The notes under the pieces are model-generated. The model ran no database searches, was not told the DNA's origin, and saw nothing but the letters and a program-made list of their open reading frames with translations. Positions 23,863-26,955 of a stretch of DNA of 26,955 nucleotides are shown here, in pieces (position 1 is the stretch's first letter; every line of letters begins with the position of its first letter). The position numbers were made by a program, and so were the translations under genes. Location of the stretch: the IMG/VR virus record IMGVR_UViG_3300044657_001121, positions 1 through 26,955 of that record. The stretch is one strand, 5' to 3'. This stretch comes from a virus (Duplodnaviria > Caudoviricetes).

Positions 23863-24791
23863 GAGCGCTAACCCTCGAAGAAATGAACGTAGCTGTTGGG
23901 AAACTTTACTCCAACGGATTGAAGCGCGGACTCTCGACGCCGTGGCCTTTTTTGACGAAGCTGTACACCGTCGCACCGTCGCAGCATACCCTTGTCACGG
24001 GCTACCCCGGCTCTGGTAAATCCGAGTTTTTGGATGCGCTCATTATCGAACTGTTGCGAGCGAATCCGACAGCGCGGGCAGCGTTCTACTCGCCTGAAAA
24101 CAAGCCTTACGAGCTGCACATTTCCAAGCTCTTGGAAAAGCACAACGGGCACCCGTTCAGCGAAGGGCCGAACCCACGCATGACCGCAACGGAAGCCGCC
24201 GACAGCTTCAAATGGCTGACAAGCCGCGTTCGGTTTATCGACGATGGCGACGGCGCACAGTCAATTTTTGACGTGCTGTCGGACAAATTCCCCGTGGAAG
24301 ATTTGTACTGGTGGGAACCCGGTCACGAGACGCGTAACGCGCCAAAAGAGCGGCCATTCTTTCTCATCATTGACCCTTGGAACTTCCTACACAAAGACAC
24401 CAGCAACGGACAAACGGAAGCCGATTATTTGAGCGAAGCGCTAGGCCGCTTAGACAAGTTTGTTCACGCTACGGGCGCTCACGTTTTCATTGTTGCGCAC
24501 CCGAAGCTGGTAGCAAAGAGCAAGGACGGCATTCAGCCCGTTCCTACTTTTTTCGATGTTGCGGGCGGCGCTCATTGGGGCAACAAGCTCGACAACATCA
24601 TCACGGTGCATAGGCCTGACAAAACAGACCATCGCGCGCCGGTAGAGGTTCACGTTCAAAAGATTCGCTTCAAACACATTGGAGAGGTAGGGCTATGCAA
24701 ACTCAAGTACGACAAGATAAACGGTCGCTACAGCACGTATCTGGAGGCGGTGCCAACAGAGAGCTACAGCGCGAACTCGAAAGACTGGTAA
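23859..24791 (+). CDS. SF4 replicative helicase (DnaB/T7 gp4/Twinkle-like, helicase domain only)
   Basis: Walker A GYPGSGKS, SPEN, Walker B IIDPWN, VAHP.K, GGAHW..K.DN, KIRF. Confidence 0.9.
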   Translation: MRALTLEEMNVAVGKLYSNGLKRGLSTPWPFLTKLYTVAPSQHTLVTGYPGSGKSEFLDALIIELLRANPTARAAFYSPENKPYELHISKLLEKHNGHPFSEGPNPRMTATEAADSFKWLTSRVRFIDDGDGAQSIFDVLSDKFPVEDLYWWEPGHETRNAPKERPFFLIIDPWNFLHKDTSNGQTEADYLSEALGRLDKFVHATGAHVFIVAHPKLVAKSKDGIQPVPTFFDVAGGAHWGNKLDNIITVHRPDKTDHRAPVEVHVQKIRFKHIGEVGLCKLKYDKINGRYSTYLEAVPTESYSANSKDW

Positions 24792-24796
24792 CGACG

Positions 24797-24919
24797 ATGT
24801 GCCAGCGAAATTCTCCTGAAAACTGGCGCGACGAAGCGATGGATTCAATCGGCGAAGTTAACGAGTCAATTGAGCGCGGTGAATTCACGGTTGACGACTG
24901 GATAAAGGCGCTGAGTTGA
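24797..24919 (+). CDS. 40-aa hypothetical protein
   Basis: ATG just after the helicase stop; overlaps the next start. Confidence 0.4.
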   Translation: MCQRNSPENWRDEAMDSIGEVNESIERGEFTVDDWIKALS

Positions 24920-25125
24920 CATGCACCCACAAACCAACCGACCTGAAGTGTGTTTCCTGCTGCGCCCAGCTACTCGCAAACGTGCCAAACGGGCAAGCGA
25001 AGCGAGCGCATCAGGAAGGGATTCTGGAAGTAATCAGACGACAAAGCGGCGCACCACCACGCGCGGAAGTGCTCAATGAACTGCGCAGGCTGCGATTACT
25101 CGGCACTAGCCGAAAAACCGATTGA
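24916..25125 (+). CDS. Small Cys-rich hypothetical protein
   Basis: C.....CVSCCA motif. Confidence 0.55.
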   Translation: MTCTHKPTDLKCVSCCAQLLANVPNGQAKRAHQEGILEVIRRQSGAPPRAEVLNELRRLRLLGTSRKTD

Positions 25126-25246
25126 AAAGGGCGTGATGATGCTTGAACTTACGTGCTACCGGCGGCAATCGTCCGGCTACCTGAAGCCAGCTAAGGCGGT
25201 GTGCGGCGAATTCATGCGGCATCACGGCGATAAGGATGGCGAGTAA
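25076..25246 (+). CDS. 56-aa Cys-containing hypothetical protein
   Basis: MNCAGCDY..C..C; TAATG coupling to the next gene. Confidence 0.45.
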   Translation: MNCAGCDYSALAEKPIEKGVMMLELTCYRRQSSGYLKPAKAVCGEFMRHHGDKDGE

Positions 25247-25452
25247 TGGGGCTTGCTGAACTGTTTTTCGTCGTGTTGATTCTTGCCCTCATCGTATGGC
25301 GCGCGCTGTCATGGCGACGCGATGCGCGGGACTACAAGGCCATTTGCAAAGACCACCAGCGCACGATATTGCTGCAAGAGCGGGAATTGCTCGACTTGCG
25401 TCCGTACAAGCGGAACCACGACCACCGCGCAGATAAAAGGGCGATGCTGTGA
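25246..25452 (+). CDS. Small membrane-anchored protein
   Basis: N-terminal TM helix. Confidence 0.6.
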   Translation: MGLAELFFVVLILALIVWRALSWRRDARDYKAICKDHQRTILLQERELLDLRPYKRNHDHRADKRAML

Positions 25453-25580
25453 AAAAGCCACAACCGAAACGCTTAGACGTTTTCACCGATCAAAAACGCG
25501 CGGAAGCTGAAAAGCGCCGCATTGCCGAAAGCGTGGCGTTTATGGCGAGCCTGAAACCGTCGAAGTGGGTGAAGTCATGA
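25449..25580 (+). CDS. 43-aa hypothetical protein
   Basis: GTGA and ATGA overlaps at its two ends. Confidence 0.45.
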   Translation: MKKPQPKRLDVFTDQKRAEAEKRRIAESVAFMASLKPSKWVKS

Positions 25581-25969
25581 TTCGCCGCAACGTCGAAAAC
25601 GAGATTCACCTTCGGGCAGTCTACGCAAGCATGGCGAGCATGCCGCGTCCGTTCAGTGTGGCCGTCGGTCAACCGATCAAGACTCGCGACCAAGAAGCCA
25701 AGTTCCACGCGATGCTAGGAGAGATCGCAGAGCAGGCGCAACACATCGGCAGCAAGTGGGACGTTGATAGCTGGAAACGGCTAATCGTCGATTTGTGGAG
25801 TCGCAACGATTCAGAAAGCCCTAGCGCTCGCGTTATTCCAGCCCTAGACAGCGCCGGAATCGTGCAGCTAGGCATTCAGACGCGGGCACTGACGAAAGAG
25901 CGCTACGGCTCGTTAATTTCGTTTACGCAGGCGTGGTGCGCGGATAACGGCGTGGAGTTGAGCGAATGA
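25577..25969 (+). CDS. ninB: NinB/Orf-family recombination protein
   Basis: TRDQEAKFHAML.EIA.Q..W...WKRL..G.QT..L...LI....AW.A..GV pattern. Confidence 0.8.
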   Translation: MIRRNVENEIHLRAVYASMASMPRPFSVAVGQPIKTRDQEAKFHAMLGEIAEQAQHIGSKWDVDSWKRLIVDLWSRNDSESPSARVIPALDSAGIVQLGIQTRALTKERYGSLISFTQAWCADNGVELSE

Positions 25970-26331
25970 GCGAAACGAAGCAATGCAGTAATTGTGGAGA
26001 GACGAAGCTACTGGATTTGTTTCGATCTCGCAGAAACAAATGCAGGGCTTGCGAATCAAAAAATTCACGCGCTTGGGCAAAACGCAACCCTAAAAAAGTT
26101 CGCCAAATAAAAAACAGTGCTCGCGGTAAGTATTTAGAAAAAGCGCGGGAGCGGACATTGTTAAGTACAGCCGTTTTGTCTGATAGGTATGTCAAGCAAA
26201 CGATTCATCTTGCTTCTGGTTTGCCTTACGAAAAAATTACTGACGAATTGGTTAACGTGAAGCGCAAGCACCTTCAAATTTTGCGCGAAATTAAAGGAAA
26301 ACAAAATGACAAGCGAAGCAAAAACACTTGA
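25966..26331 (+). CDS. Basic protein with an N-terminal CxxC..CxxC zinc ribbon
   Basis: KQCSNCGETK.L..F..CRACE; AT-richer codons. Confidence 0.7.
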   Translation: MSETKQCSNCGETKLLDLFRSRRNKCRACESKNSRAWAKRNPKKVRQIKNSARGKYLEKARERTLLSTAVLSDRYVKQTIHLASGLPYEKITDELVNVKRKHLQILREIKGKQNDKRSKNT

Positions 26332-26545
26332 CGACCTGAATACTGACTTGTCGCAACTTTATGACGGCTTGAAAAGCGGTCAGATTGAATTGCCAGTAGC
26401 GCAAGAGCTTGCCAATATCGGCGGGAAGCTATTCAAGGTTCAGGCGCTTATGTGGGCTAAGGAAGTATTTGCGGCTGACCCGCGAACGGGCGGGCGTTTG
26501 GTTCGCGAAGAACAGCCCGCGCTTCCAGAAAAACCCGCTAAATAA
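26306..26545 (+). CDS. Hypothetical helical protein
   Basis: AAGGA SD; L...YD.LK.G.I....A.ELAN..GK pattern. Confidence 0.7.
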   Translation: MTSEAKTLDDLNTDLSQLYDGLKSGQIELPVAQELANIGGKLFKVQALMWAKEVFAADPRTGGRLVREEQPALPEKPAK

Positions 26546-26551
26546 GCCAAC

Positions 26552-26842
26552 GTGCGTAGCAAAAACCACAAAGCCATAACCGCATTTGAAAGCGCTCACC
26601 TAGCGCGGGTGAAAGAACTCCCGTGCTCGGTATGCGAGCAACCCGGCCCGAGTGACGCGCACCACACGGAGCAACAAAACCACTTCACCACGATAGCGCT
26701 CTGCAAGGACTGCCACCAAGGCAGCTTAAACGGCTACCACGGACAACGCAGGATGTGGAACGTACACCACATGAACGAAAACGACGCGCTGAACAAGACG
26801 ATAGGGGCGCTGTTGCGTGGAATGGCTAAGGAGGCCGCGTGA
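26552..26842 (+). CDS. HNH-like zinc-binding nin-region protein (DUF968/Ref-like)
   Basis: LPCSVC..AHH..IALC.DCHQG. Confidence 0.75.
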   Translation: MRSKNHKAITAFESAHLARVKELPCSVCEQPGPSDAHHTEQQNHFTTIALCKDCHQGSLNGYHGQRRMWNVHHMNENDALNKTIGALLRGMAKEAA

Positions 26843-26955
26843 AAAAGTCGGTAACTAGGTTGGTGCATTTTGACTTTTGCCGATCTATGGTTAAGCAATT
26901 TGTTGCAACTATGAGTGCGCCTTCTTTTCCAGTTGAGAGCAAGCAAATTCTTAGC
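26839..26955 (+). CDS. Hypothetical protein, 3'-truncated
   Basis: AAGGAGG SD, GTGA overlap, frame open to the window end. Confidence 0.5.
   Translation, partial: MKKSVTRLVHFDFCRSMVKQFVATMSAPSFPVESKQILS

Overview
A ~27 kb fragment of a long-tailed (siphovirus-like) dsDNA phage with lambdoid gene order, infecting a Gram-negative host (it encodes Rz/Rz1-type spanins). On the + strand, 1-15246 holds virion, neck and tail genes (head-tail connector, closure, HK97-gp10, tail terminator, major tail protein, frameshifted tail chaperones, tape measure, tail tip), then a lysis cassette and an extra lipoprotein. On the - strand, 15239-20777 is a leftward early operon of small ORFs, an SSB-like gene and Bet recombinase, with no integrase, Exo or N recognisable. 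On the + strand, 21849-end is a rightward early operon (Cro-like, resolvase-like nuclease, replication initiator with iterons, SF4 helicase, NinB-region genes). The most unusual part is the immunity region. No cI-type repressor lies between the divergent promoters, which share an identical inverted 18-bp box. Between them sits a separately promoted cassette: a kissing-loop C4/CI-like antisense RNA-terminator, a ~400-nt multi-branched putative ncRNA with G-U-rich stems, and a 66-aa His/Cys protein. A tRNA-elbow-like ncRNA and a structured leader lie in the leftward operon. All assignments come from reading motifs and synteny by eye; no searches or folding programs were run.
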